In this document: positions 9,208 to 19,126 of the stretch, in pieces | Layout of the letters: every line of letters starts with the position of its first letter | Numbering within the stretch: the stretch's first letter is position 1 | Source of the DNA: Bacillota bacterium | GTDB lineage: Bacteria; Bacillota_I; Bacilli_A; RF39; UBA660 | Direction: 5' to 3' | Assembly: GCA_015059405.1 (NCBI GenBank) | Contig: SVAL01000001.1 | Coordinates: 72,032-136,031 of the forward strand | DNA: 64,000 bases | The notes under the pieces: model-generated | The model's input: the letters and a program-made list of their open reading frames with translations, nothing else | Database searches by the model: none | What the model was told of the DNA's origin: nothing | Made by a program: the position numbers and the translations under genes

Positions 9208-11145
9208 ATGAATAGATATAGAAAGATTATAGGTATAGTAATAGTCTTAATTTTAATTAGTTCTTTTATATTTAATAATTTCTTTTCTAAGACTTTAATA
9301 AATGATTATTATACTTATATAAATGTAAATATTTTAGACGAATATGAAATAAAAGATGGAGAAATTGGTTGGAGTAAGTTTAGTATTGCTCAAGAAAAGG
9401 TTGATGAAGAAGTTAATTTAATTGTAAAAGATTTAATTAGTAGTAAATCTAATTTAGATATAAATATTTTATACAATAATTATTTAGATATAGAATCTAG
9501 AAATAAGAATGGTTTAGGTATTCTAAATAATTATATTTCATTAATAGATAGTTCTAAAAATATAAATGAATTTATTAAAAATGCTGTTAGAGTAGAAAAC
9601 GAACTTTATATTGATATTTTTACAAGAGCAACAGTTGCACCTGATTTTAAAGATACGTCTAAGAATATAGTTTATTTGTATCCTGTTACTTTTGATTTTA
9701 ATATGAGTAGTGATATATATATAAATCCTGATTATTCTAGATATCATGCTCTTTTAAAACAACATCAAATTAAATTATTAAAAGAGTATGGGTATGATAA
9801 AAAGAAAGCTAGAAAAGTATCTAAAAATTTAGATGAATTTTTTATAGATATTGCATCTAGTAGTAAAAATGAAGAAGAATTAAGTGATGTAGATAGTTTA
9901 TATAATGTAATTACGAAAGATGAATTACAAAGAATATATACTAATATTAATATAGATAATTATTTGAAATTAATGGGTATTTATGAAGAAGAATATTTTA
10001 GTATAGTTGATAGAGATAATTATATTAAGATGAATTCTTATTTAAAAGATGAAAATTTATCTTTATTAAAGGAATATGTTAAAGTAAAGATTCTTGAAAC
10101 TTATAGTGGTTATACTAGTAGTAATTATTCTAATATTATAAATAGTTTAAATAGTAAATTAGTAGGAGTAGAATTAACTAATGATTTAGAAAAAGATGCA
10201 ACTAACTTAATTAGTATTGTTTTTTCTTCTAATGTAGATAAGATTTATTTAGAAAAGAATTTTAATAATGATGATAAAAAGTTAATTGAAGATATGACTT
10301 TAGATATATTATCTTATTATGAGGATAGTATAAATAAAAATACATGGATGGATTCTAGTACTAAAGAAAAAGCTATTTTAAAACTTAAAAATATTAAGAT
10401 AAATATTGGTGGTAATTATGATTTAGAAATAGATTATGATTTTAAAAATAATTCTACTTTACTTGATAATATGATTTTAATAAATAAGAAAAATTCTGAT
10501 TTACTTTTATATAAGTTAAAGGTTAATGATGTAAAAAGTATTATTTCTCCAACTGTTGTTAATGCTTATTATAATCCACTAGATAATTCTATTAATTTTC
10601 CTGCTAGTTTGAAAGAGTTATATAAAGAAAGTGATAATTATTATGAGGTTTTGGGTAGTATGGGAATGATAATTGCTCATGAAATTACGCATGCTTTTGA
10701 TAATAATGGTAGTAAGTTTGATGAAGTAGGTAATAGAAGTAATTGGTGGAGTGATGATGATTATTCTAAATTTGTTGAACTTCAAAAAGAAATAATTGAT
10801 TATTATTCTAACTTTGAATTATTAGGTACTAATATAGATGGTGAGAAAACAGTTGGTGAAAATATTGCTGATTTAGGAGCAATGAATGCAATTGTAAGTA
10901 TTGCTAAGAGTAAGGGTGCTAGTGATGATGAAGTGAAGACTATGTTTAGTAGTTATGCTTCTTTATGGGCATGTGAGTATATTGAAAGTTATGAAAAATT
11001 GCTTTTACTTAGTGATACACATTCACCTAATAAGATAAGAGTAAATGCTGTATTATCTAGTTGTGATATGTTTTATGATGTTTATGATATAGATGAAGAT
11101 GATTCTATGTATATAGATAAAGATAAAAGAGTGGGTATTTGGTAA
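9208..11145 (+). CDS. pepO: M13 family metalloendopeptidase (PepO/neprilysin-like), N-terminally membrane-anchored
   Basis: 'VNAYYNP', zinc motif 'IIAHEITHAFD' and 'GENIADLGA' are the three M13 signature blocks. Confidence 0.85.
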   Translation: MNRYRKIIGIVIVLILISSFIFNNFFSKTLINDYYTYINVNILDEYEIKDGEIGWSKFSIAQEKVDEEVNLIVKDLISSKSNLDINILYNNYLDIESRNKNGLGILNNYISLIDSSKNINEFIKNAVRVENELYIDIFTRATVAPDFKDTSKNIVYLYPVTFDFNMSSDIYINPDYSRYHALLKQHQIKLLKEYGYDKKKARKVSKNLDEFFIDIASSSKNEEELSDVDSLYNVITKDELQRIYTNINIDNYLKLMGIYEEEYFSIVDRDNYIKMNSYLKDENLSLLKEYVKVKILETYSGYTSSNYSNIINSLNSKLVGVELTNDLEKDATNLISIVFSSNVDKIYLEKNFNNDDKKLIEDMTLDILSYYEDSINKNTWMDSSTKEKAILKLKNIKINIGGNYDLEIDYDFKNNSTLLDNMILINKKNSDLLLYKLKVNDVKSIISPTVVNAYYNPLDNSINFPASLKELYKESDNYYEVLGSMGMIIAHEITHAFDNNGSKFDEVGNRSNWWSDDDYSKFVELQKEIIDYYSNFELLGTNIDGEKTVGENIADLGAMNAIVSIAKSKGASDDEVKTMFSSYASLWACEYIESYEKLLLLSDTHSPNKIRVNAVLSSCDMFYDVYDIDEDDSMYIDKDKRVGIW

Positions 11146-11228
11146 TAAAAGATCTTGATTATTCAAGATTTTTTTATTGTAATTTTATAAAAAGATGTTA
11201 CAATAATAGTAATTTTTAGGTGATATGT

Positions 11229-11336
11229 ATGAAAAATAAAGAAAAGATTATTTTAGATAATTTTAATTTGAATTATAAATTATTAGAATTAATTAAAAAA
11301 GTACTTGGGAGGGTTGTAGATGTTTTCGAAGAGTAA
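11229..11336 (+). CDS. Candidate small ORF (35 aa) leading the two-paralog operon
   Basis: Not in the ORF track because it is under 60 aa. ATG at 11229 lies 6 nt after a strong RBS (AGGTGA, 11217-11222) and downstream of the extended -10 TGTTACAAT (11196-11204). It overlaps the next start (11320) by 17 nt. Product: MKNKEKIILDNFNLNYKLLELIKKVLGRVVDVFEE. Confidence 0.3.
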   Translation: MKNKEKIILDNFNLNYKLLELIKKVLGRVVDVFEE

Positions 11337-11997
11337 ATATGATGTAATGGAAAGTATTAGTAGTAAAAGTACAATGAGTTTATTATTTTTAGTAGGAAAG
11401 GTTGCTAAAGATTTAAAATTATATGAAAATAAAAAGATATCTAAAAGTGAATTTGAAAATAGATTTAATAATAATCTTTCATCTGGTCTTCCTAACATAA
11501 AAGCTATTTGTCATATTGGATATGAAAATAGTAAAGATATAGTTGATGTAAGTGAAGAAGAACTATATAGATATATGAAGAAAGAAGGATTAACTAAAGA
11601 TCAGTTTAATGCTAATTATATGATGATGATTAATACTTATGTTAGAATTATTCTTGCTTTTAATGTAATGGATAAAGAGGGCATTGATGTTTATAGTGTT
11701 ATGAGTCCTAGTGTTTTACTTGGTTTAGTAAAAGGAGATTTTTCTAAGTTAAGAGATAAAGTAGAAGAAGTAGGAGTTAATCTTAGTAAAGATAATCAAG
11801 TTTTAATTGATAAGTTAGTAAGTAAAGAATTTGATGTTAGTATGTTAACTAATGTTGAAATGAAAGAACTAGAAAGGGTTCACTCAAAATATATGGATAG
11901 ATATGTTAATGGAAAAGTAACAGATAGTTATGATAAAACTAAAGCCTTAAGATTTGCGAAGTCTTTAGGTAAAAAGAAATCTGTATTTGAGTTATAG
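11320..11997 (+). CDS. Hypothetical protein, tandem paralog A (225 aa)
   Basis: RBS GGGAGGG. Shares 'SKYD(V/I)MES' and 'H(I/L)GYEN(S/A)KD' with the next gene. Confidence 0.6.
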   Translation: MFSKSKYDVMESISSKSTMSLLFLVGKVAKDLKLYENKKISKSEFENRFNNNLSSGLPNIKAICHIGYENSKDIVDVSEEELYRYMKKEGLTKDQFNANYMMMINTYVRIILAFNVMDKEGIDVYSVMSPSVLLGLVKGDFSKLRDKVEEVGVNLSKDNQVLIDKLVSKEFDVSMLTNVEMKELERVHSKYMDRYVNGKVTDSYDKTKALRFAKSLGKKKSVFEL

Positions 11998-12005
11998 GTA
12001 ATAGT

Positions 12006-12683
12006 ATGGTAGATAGAAGTAAGTATGATATTATGGAAAGTGAAGAGAAAACATCTTCAATGGCTGTAGTTGATTTATTGGTAGATATTCATTCTTTAAT
12101 AAAAAAATTAGAAAATGATGAAATAACTAGCTATGAATGTGATGAAGAAATTAAGACTTTAATAAGTAATGCATGTTTTAATTTTAAATTAATCGCACAT
12201 TTGGGTTATGAAAATGCTAAGGATTTATTTAGAGTAGATATGAAAAGTATTTCATCTTCTGTTAGAAGTGATGGTATTACGGTTAGTTCTTTTGCTACTA
12301 ATTACGAGAAGGTTATTAATAGATATGCTAAGACTTTATTAATATTTTGTGTTTTAGATGAAGAAGAGATAGATGTTAAAGATATTTGTGATATTTCTAC
12401 TTTTAATTCTTTAATAAATGGAAATACGATTGAATTATTTGAATATTTTAATCGTAATGATATTATTTTAAGTAATGATAATAAAGAACTTTTAACTAGA
12501 TTTAATGAAGATAATTTTGTTGTTAGTAGTTTAAGTTCTTCTCAAATAAAAAGATTAAATGATTATCATGATAGTTTTGTTAGAAGATATATTTATCCTA
12601 AAATTACTTGTGATAAGGATGAAAAGGGAAGAGTACTTATGCAAGCTAAAAGAATTAGTACTGCAGGTAGATTTAATTTTTAA
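12006..12683 (+). CDS. Hypothetical protein, tandem paralog B (225 aa)
   Basis: Same length as 11320-11997 and colinear motifs with it. Confidence 0.6.
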   Translation: MVDRSKYDIMESEEKTSSMAVVDLLVDIHSLIKKLENDEITSYECDEEIKTLISNACFNFKLIAHLGYENAKDLFRVDMKSISSSVRSDGITVSSFATNYEKVINRYAKTLLIFCVLDEEEIDVKDICDISTFNSLINGNTIELFEYFNRNDIILSNDNKELLTRFNEDNFVVSSLSSSQIKRLNDYHDSFVRRYIYPKITCDKDEKGRVLMQAKRISTAGRFNF

Positions 12684-12714
12684 AAAAACTCAAGTTGTTA
12701 TACTTGAGTTTTTC
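12682..12714. terminator. Bidirectional intrinsic terminator
   Basis: aaaaaactcaagt-tgttat-acttgagttttt. The stop codon of the convergent TetR gene lies in the loop. Confidence 0.7.
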
Positions 12715-13261
12715 TTTCCCATATATATTTATTTGCTTTACAAAATATTTCAGCCATTTCATCAACTGATTCTTTCATATCATTTTCAATCCATTTCATA
12801 TATACATTAAATAATGCACCACTATAACTATACATATGATATTTTTCGTAAGGATCATTTTTATTAATGAAGATAATTTCATTTTCTAAATATTCATTTA
12901 TACAATCTTGTAATAAACCTAATAAATTAGCTTTTCTTAAAGTTTTAATGAAAAAGGCATATTTTTTAAAGTAAGCAAATAAGAATCTAATTACGTTTTT
13001 ATTAGTATATTCATTATTTTTTTGCCAGCTATGGCTTTCTTTTTTAAAATCAGTAGAAATATCTTTTAAATATTCAATAATTATATCTTTTTTAGTGTAA
13101 TAGTTACGATAATAAGCCATTCTAGATACACCGGCTTTATTACATATTTCAGTAATTGATATACTATCAAATTCTTTTTCATTCATTAATAACAGTAATG
13201 CATCTACAATACATTTTTTTATTAAAGTAGTAGATTCTTTTTTTATATTTTCCATGAACAA
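12698..13261 (-). CDS. TetR/AcrR family transcriptional regulator
   Basis: N-terminal HTH 'FDSISITEICNKAGVSRMAYYRNYYTKKDII'. Confidence 0.85.
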   Translation of the reverse strand: MFMENIKKESTTLIKKCIVDALLLLMNEKEFDSISITEICNKAGVSRMAYYRNYYTKKDIIIEYLKDISTDFKKESHSWQKNNEYTNKNVIRFLFAYFKKYAFFIKTLRKANLLGLLQDCINEYLENEIIFINKNDPYEKYHMYSYSGALFNVYMKWIENDMKESVDEMAEIFCKANKYIWERKTQV

Positions 13262-13314
13262 AATCCTTTCTTTTGTAACAATTTGTTTTTAAGTTAATTT
13301 TATTGTTAAAATTA

Positions 13315-13332
13315 ATGTTACAATAGTAACGT
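13315..13332. promoter_or_regulatory. Imperfect palindrome (candidate TetR operator) overlapping an extended -10 box
   Basis: atGTTACaataGTAACgt has a GTTAC-N4-GTAAC core and is self-complementary at 14 of 18 positions. TGTTACAAT (13316-13324) would be the + strand promoter of the ligase gene. A related TTGTAACAA lies at 13273-13281. Confidence 0.3.
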
Positions 13333-13375
13333 TGATAATAATATTATAACATATTATTTAATAAAGGAGAAAAAT

Positions 13376-15085
13376 ATGGGAAAAATTAATGAATATATAA
13401 AGAAGTTAATTAAGAAAAGAATAAAAAAGAGAGATGAAGAAAAACCTTGGTTAGATTTATATGAAGATGTTCCTGAGAAGTTAGATTATTATACAGGTTC
13501 TTTATATGATGCGATTAAAGAAAGTGGAGATAAGTATAGTAAGTTAACAGCTTATGAATATTTCTTTAAGAAATGTACTTATAAAGATTTTATTAAGAAG
13601 GTAGATAAGGCAGCTAAAGCTTTAAAAGCAATGGGTATTAAAGAAAATGAATGTGTAACTATTTGTATGCCTAATATACCTGAGGGGGTGGCACTTGTAT
13701 ATGCAGCTAATGCAATTGGGGCAATTGCTAATATGGTACATCCGCTAGGTGCTTTAAATGATATTGAATATGCACTTAATAGTACAGATAGTTCTGTTTT
13801 ATTTGTATCAGATGTTACTTATCCTAAAGTTAAAGATATTAAAGTAGAAAATTTAGTTGTTTGTGAAGTATCTAATGAATTAGAAGGTATTTTAAAACTT
13901 TTATATAATATTAAGAATAAAGCTAATATGATGTATAAGGAGAATGTAATTACTTGGAGTAAATTCTTAGATATGGGTAAAGGAATAGACAAGTTCTATA
14001 AAAAAAGAGATAAAGATGATCCAGCAGTAATTATTTATAGTGGTGGTACAACAGGAAAGAGTAAGGGTATTATTTTATCTAATGGTAACTTTAATGCTTT
14101 AGCTAGACAATGTTGTGCAATTGAAAAGACTGTAGCGCCTGGTAATTCAATTTTATCTGCTTTACCTATTTTCCATGGGTTTGGTTTAGGGGTATGTGTA
14201 CATATGCCTTTATATAATGGTATGAAATGTTTATTAGTACCTAAATTAAATACTAAGAAGATTAATAAAGAATTAAAGAAATATAAACCTAATTTATTAC
14301 CAGTAGTACCATCTTTACTTGCTTTAACTTGTAAAGGAAAAAGTGGTAGTGAACTTAAACATATTAAAGGTATTTTCTGTGGTGGAGATTATTTAAGTAT
14401 TGAACTTAAAGAAAAGACAGAAAGATACTTTAGAGAAAGAGGAAGTAGTGCTAAGATTAGAATTGGTTATGGTCTTAGTGAAGCAACAGCTTTCTTCTTA
14501 GCTACTTATAATCATATCCCATATGAATCAGGAAGTATTGGTATTCCTAACCCTGATACTATTGTTAAAATATTCCAAGTTGGTACTGAAATAGAATGTG
14601 TTCCAGGACAAGTTGGAGAAATTTGTGTAAATGGACCAACTGTAATGATGGGGTATATCAATAATGATAAAGAAACAGATAAAGTATTAATAAGACATAG
14701 TGATGATAGGTTATGGTTACATACAGGAGATTTAGGTTATAGAGATGAAAAAGGTGAATTCTTCTTCTCATCAAGATTAAAAAGAATGATTATTACTAAT
14801 GGTTATAATGTATATCCTTTAGAAGTAGAAGAATTAATTTGTAAACATCCTTATGTAGATAGTTGTGTTGTTATAGGTATTAAACATGAAGTAAAACAAC
14901 AAGTTCCTAAAGCAGTTATTGTATTAAAAGAAGGTATTGAAGATAGTATAAAAGTAAAAAATGAAATTAAAAAGTATTGTGAAGATAACTTAGCAACATA
15001 TGAAAGACCAGCAGTTTATGAATTTAAAGAAAGTTTACCAAAAACAGCAATTGGTAAAGTAGCATATAGAGATTTAGAAGATTAG
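13376..15085 (+). CDS. AMP-dependent acyl-CoA ligase/synthetase (long-chain fatty acid-CoA ligase-like)
   Basis: AMP-binding motif 'IIYSGGTTGKSKGI', then 'GYGLSEAT', 'TGDLGYRDEKGEFFFSSRLKRMI' and a C-terminal 'PKTAIGKV'. Confidence 0.85.
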   Translation: MGKINEYIKKLIKKRIKKRDEEKPWLDLYEDVPEKLDYYTGSLYDAIKESGDKYSKLTAYEYFFKKCTYKDFIKKVDKAAKALKAMGIKENECVTICMPNIPEGVALVYAANAIGAIANMVHPLGALNDIEYALNSTDSSVLFVSDVTYPKVKDIKVENLVVCEVSNELEGILKLLYNIKNKANMMYKENVITWSKFLDMGKGIDKFYKKRDKDDPAVIIYSGGTTGKSKGIILSNGNFNALARQCCAIEKTVAPGNSILSALPIFHGFGLGVCVHMPLYNGMKCLLVPKLNTKKINKELKKYKPNLLPVVPSLLALTCKGKSGSELKHIKGIFCGGDYLSIELKEKTERYFRERGSSAKIRIGYGLSEATAFFLATYNHIPYESGSIGIPNPDTIVKIFQVGTEIECVPGQVGEICVNGPTVMMGYINNDKETDKVLIRHSDDRLWLHTGDLGYRDEKGEFFFSSRLKRMIITNGYNVYPLEVEELICKHPYVDSCVVIGIKHEVKQQVPKAVIVLKEGIEDSIKVKNEIKKYCEDNLATYERPAVYEFKESLPKTAIGKVAYRDLED

Positions 15086-15179
15086 AGATAATCTTCTTTT
15101 TTATTTAATAATAAGGATTTTTCTCATTTTGACTTTTTATTTTATCTATATTATAATATCAAATTGTTTGAGGTGGATT

Positions 15180-16253
15180 ATGAGTAATATATTTGATAGT
15201 TTGAGTAGTAAAATGGATTATAATACATTAAGTAAATTTAAAAAGATTGGTTATTATTCGGCTTTGGGTATGTCTTGGGGAACTATATTTACTCCTTGGG
15301 AAGCTGATATGTTTATTATTCCATTACAACTTGGTTTACTTACTTTTTCTTTATGGTTAAATACAGAAAAGACTAGTGATATTACTAAGATTAAATCTAC
15401 ATATGATGAAGTTATAAAAGATTATAATAAATTAAACGAAATGTTTGGTTTAAAAGATCCTGTTTCGATAAGTGCTTTTTTTGAAAGATTTTATCGTGAT
15501 GGTTATTTATCTAAAAATAAAGAATTTTCTTTTTCAACATCTAATGTTCGTGATGTTCATCCAGTATTTGGTGCGAATATTATGAATGGTGAAGGGGTAT
15601 GTCGTCATATAGCATTTATGTTAGATGATATATATAAAGATTGTGGAATTGATAGTAATGTTTTATTAGTATATTTAAGAAAACGTATGTTGGTTCCAGA
15701 GATCAATATGGATAAACAAGGTCTTACTAGAAAAGAATTATATGAATTCATTGATTCTGCTAACGTTAGTAGTGAAGAAAGAGAAGTGGCTAGAGAAATA
15801 GTAGATGAGTTTATAGATCATTTTGGTGAACATTTATCTATTGGTGTCCTTATCGAAAAAGAAAGATTTAGACCAAGTTCTAATCATGCGATTAATTTTG
15901 CATTTTATAATAATAGAGCTTTTTGTCTAGATCCTACTAATGGTTGTACTTACAAGTTAAATAGAGAAGATCCTAGATTTTTATGTGATCATATTGATCC
16001 TAAAATATTTATAGATTGGTCTGGATATGGATACGCTAGAACATCTAGTAAAAGTATTAAAGAAGCTAAAAAACAAATAATGTGTTCTAGTACCACATTT
16101 GAAGAAGATATTGAGATTATGAAAAAAGTACAAGCTTTATATGAAGATAATTTAGATATAGTAGATAGATTTTATAATACTCATAAAGAAGCATATTCTG
16201 ATATTTCTAATGACTTAATGAAAATAAAAAGAAGAGGTAGAAGAACAAAATAA
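15180..16253 (+). CDS. Membrane-anchored transglutaminase-like (Cys-His-Asp) putative peptidase
   Basis: Start moved to the ATG at 15180, behind RBS GAGGTGG. Two N-terminal TM segments. 'GEGVCRHIAFMLDDIYKDCGI' followed by 'NHAINFAF...FCLDPTNG' follows the transglutaminase-core pattern G-x-C ... H-A-(W) ... DPT-x-G. Confidence 0.45.
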   Translation: MSNIFDSLSSKMDYNTLSKFKKIGYYSALGMSWGTIFTPWEADMFIIPLQLGLLTFSLWLNTEKTSDITKIKSTYDEVIKDYNKLNEMFGLKDPVSISAFFERFYRDGYLSKNKEFSFSTSNVRDVHPVFGANIMNGEGVCRHIAFMLDDIYKDCGIDSNVLLVYLRKRMLVPEINMDKQGLTRKELYEFIDSANVSSEEREVAREIVDEFIDHFGEHLSIGVLIEKERFRPSSNHAINFAFYNNRAFCLDPTNGCTYKLNREDPRFLCDHIDPKIFIDWSGYGYARTSSKSIKEAKKQIMCSSTTFEEDIEIMKKVQALYEDNLDIVDRFYNTHKEAYSDISNDLMKIKRRGRRTK

Positions 16254-16278
16254 AAGAGAATCTTATGATTCTCTTTTT
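16252..16278. terminator. Bidirectional intrinsic terminator
   Basis: aaaagagaatc-ttat-gattctctttt. Confidence 0.7.
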
Positions 16279-17609
16279 ATTATAAATTTTTTAGTTTTAG
16301 CAATTTTTCTTTGTCCTTTTTTACTTCTATCGATACTAGAATTTTCATAAGTTATATATGAAAGCATTTCTTCAAATTCTTCTTTTGTTTTTGATAAATT
16401 TTTTGATTTGATTGCTCTTGGAATAATTGATTCAGTTAATAGGTTTATTAAATTTGTTGCTTTGGCATCTAGGTTTCTTTTTGCTGATTTATAAAAATAT
16501 CTATCTATACTTATTTCTGTTGCAACTTTATTAATAAATGAAAAGTCTGATTCATTCCATCCATCTTCTCGTGGAGTAATTTCTGGAACTTTTGTATAAA
16601 AGAAATCAACAAAGTTAGTGTTGTTTTTTCGACATTCTTCACAGTGTTCACTAAATCTTTTTACATAGTGCTTAATAAATTCAATATCTTCTTTTGTAAA
16701 GGTAAAATCAACATCAATTGGATGATGATGAAAATTATAATCTTCAATATCATAATTATTCTCTTCTAAAAATGTTGTTATGAAGAATTGAATTTTTTTA
16801 CTTTGATTATTTAATGCGTTAATTAATGGTGCAAGTCTATTATCAAAAAATTCTTCTGATTCAATAGATTGGGCTTCATTTCCCATTAATTCTTTTGATG
16901 CTAAATCTAGACTTCTAAGTCCATCAATAAACTCATTTCCTAGGCCTTTTTTCTTAGTTATTTCATCAATCTTATTTATTAATATTTCTTCAGTGTTAGG
17001 GCTTACTAATGCTTTTGCAAGTGTTTCTTCTCCAACAATATGACTTATAGCATAAATCATATTTACTTGAAGAGCATTAGATACTGCGTATGTATGAAAT
17101 GTTCTTCCAGAGAAACTTACTAATTTTTTTTCTTTTTTATCATAATTAGTTGCAAAGTAATTAGCAATTAAACTTTTTATGTAAACATTTCTAGTTTCAT
17201 TAGTTCCGATATTATATCCCATATCTTCATGTGTATCTGAAAGAGCAGTAGTTAATCCAATTATTTCTAATAATTTGATAAGTTCTGGATATTCATTTAA
17301 GTTACTATTTTGATTAATACTATCTCTTACTGGTTTAGTGAAAAATATTTCTGATAATAATAGTGTATTTCTTTTTAATAATATATCTCCAACATAACCT
17401 TTATTTATTTTTATATTTTTAGCATGTTTTTCAATATTTTCTTTTATTTGTTTTGGTGTTACATAGTTTCTTAAAATAGTATTATTAACTACGTTAGTAG
17501 CACTAGCTATTAAAATAGTTCTAATATTATTAATTATTTTTTCATCTTTTAAGATTTCATCTGTTATTTCTTCTGATTCTGGTAATTCTATAAGTGAACT
17601 TTTTTCCAT
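16263..17609 (-). CDS. Hypothetical protein (448 aa)
   Basis: Long ORF with RBS GGAGG upstream. No motif recognised. Confidence 0.6.
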   Translation of the reverse strand: MEKSSLIELPESEEITDEILKDEKIINNIRTILIASATNVVNNTILRNYVTPKQIKENIEKHAKNIKINKGYVGDILLKRNTLLLSEIFFTKPVRDSINQNSNLNEYPELIKLLEIIGLTTALSDTHEDMGYNIGTNETRNVYIKSLIANYFATNYDKKEKKLVSFSGRTFHTYAVSNALQVNMIYAISHIVGEETLAKALVSPNTEEILINKIDEITKKKGLGNEFIDGLRSLDLASKELMGNEAQSIESEEFFDNRLAPLINALNNQSKKIQFFITTFLEENNYDIEDYNFHHHPIDVDFTFTKEDIEFIKHYVKRFSEHCEECRKNNTNFVDFFYTKVPEITPREDGWNESDFSFINKVATEISIDRYFYKSAKRNLDAKATNLINLLTESIIPRAIKSKNLSKTKEEFEEMLSYITYENSSIDRSKKGQRKIAKTKKFIIKRES

Positions 17610-17673
17610 AATAAAACCTCCTAAATACGTTTTATTATAAATTAATATAATTAAAAAAACAACTAGAGTTGTT

Positions 17674-18129
17674 TTAATTTAAAATATATATACTAATAGT
17701 TAAGTATGTTGCAAATAATATCCATAATAAATAGGGAATATTAAGATACGCTGATATTTTTACTTTTTTTAAGAATAGATAAATCATATATATAACTAAT
17801 ATATCTAAAATAATGATCCAAATAGATGCTAGTAATCTTGCTTTAAATATAAAGAATATAATTGACCAAAGTAAATTAATAGTTAATTGAGTATAGTAAA
17901 TTAAGTCTTCTTTAAATGTATCTGACTCATTTTTCTTAAAAATATAGTAAGATAATCCCATTAATAGATATATAATTGTCCATGCTATAGGAAATAGAAT
18001 CTTTGGTGGGGCAAGTGGTGGTTTAATTAAATTAGAATAGTCTATATAATCAGATATAATAAAACCAATTATTCCTCCAAGTACTACTGGTAAAAATAAA
18101 TGAAAGATATTTTTAATTATATTATTCAT
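17674..18129 (-). CDS. tspO: TspO/MBR family tryptophan-rich sensory protein
   Basis: Five TM segments. 'KPPLAPPKILFPIAWTIIYLLMGLS' matches the TspO N-terminal signature. A terminator hairpin lies at ~17651-17673. Confidence 0.75.
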   Translation of the reverse strand: MNNIIKNIFHLFLPVVLGGIIGFIISDYIDYSNLIKPPLAPPKILFPIAWTIIYLLMGLSYYIFKKNESDTFKEDLIYYTQLTINLLWSIIFFIFKARLLASIWIIILDILVIYMIYLFLKKVKISAYLNIPYLLWILFATYLTISIYILN

Positions 18130-18196
18130 AATACTCCTTTCTAATTTAGTATATGTATTTTATTTTAAAATATAAAAAAATAAGAAATATTATTTC

Positions 18197-18427
18197 TTAT
18201 TTTCTTACACTTTTAATATCTTGTAATTCAAAACGTAGTTTTTGACCATTTTTATTAACTTCATCAAAAAAAGTATCGTATGGTCTAGACCACAGTTTAT
18301 TATCGTCATATAATCCACGATAAATAATCATTTTTTCTAGAGTTTCACTATGATATGCAACATCTAATACAATATAATAATCTCCTTTATAATGTTTATA
18401 AATACCATTTATTTTTAATTCTTTCAT
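18197..18427 (-). CDS. DUF1653-like small protein
   Basis: 'YKHYKGDYYIVLDVAYHSETLEKMIIYRGLYDD..LWSRPYDTF' matches the DUF1653 pattern. A terminator hairpin follows immediately downstream (~18168-18196). Confidence 0.65.
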   Translation of the reverse strand: MKELKINGIYKHYKGDYYIVLDVAYHSETLEKMIIYRGLYDDNKLWSRPYDTFFDEVNKNGQKLRFELQDIKSVRK

Positions 18428-18454
18428 ATAATCACCAAGATAATTATATCATGT

Positions 18455-19126
18455 TTATTCATTAGTTTTAGTTTTTTGTTTATTTTTATCTAAATAATAA
18501 CTATCAGTAGTACTTTCTTTTATAAAAGTACTTGGTTTAAAATATTTATATTCTTCTGTTACTTCATCAAGTGATGTAAATAATTGTGATGTTGTTGTTC
18601 CATCTTCATTTAGTTTATATAGTCTAAATTGATAATTGGTATCACGTACTTTGTTTGTTGTATATTCATCCATTGGGATTTCTTGCCAAACATAATCCCA
18701 GTGATATCCAGTTTTTAATCCATAACTATAGTCATATTTACCACTACTATAATTATATCCCCAACCATAACCATAATAGGTTCCATAAACATATTCATAT
18801 GAATATTCTTCTCTTTTTGGTTGGTGAGAAGATATTTGATTTTGGATGTACTCAATATTTTCGCTAATACAATATAATTCATTTATATCGATATTTTTTA
18901 ATTCTTCTGTTATAGGTAAATATGAATCAGTTCTTAATAGATCGCCAATATATTCTTTTTCACTTTCAATGTATCTTGATAGTTTACTACCTTCATTTAC
19001 ATATAGATGTAGATGTTCTCCTGCAATGTTACATTCTACTTCTTTAGCTTCACATGCGGTGAAAGATGCAAGTACTATAGTACATGCTAAAACAGTTTTT
19101 ACTAATTTGAGAGTTGTTTTATTCAT
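18455..19126 (-). CDS. Putative lipoprotein
   Basis: Signal peptide with a lipobox-like 'LASFTAC'. The mature part is Tyr/Gly-rich. Confidence 0.6.
   Translation of the reverse strand: MNKTTLKLVKTVLACTIVLASFTACEAKEVECNIAGEHLHLYVNEGSKLSRYIESEKEYIGDLLRTDSYLPITEELKNIDINELYCISENIEYIQNQISSHQPKREEYSYEYVYGTYYGYGWGYNYSSGKYDYSYGLKTGYHWDYVWQEIPMDEYTTNKVRDTNYQFRLYKLNEDGTTTSQLFTSLDEVTEEYKYFKPSTFIKESTTDSYYLDKNKQKTKTNE

Noticed and set aside
12559-12810. 83-aa + strand ORF spanning the end of paralog B, the terminator and the 3' end of the TetR gene.
   Set aside because: It runs through a bidirectional terminator hairpin and overlaps two better-supported genes. It has no RBS.
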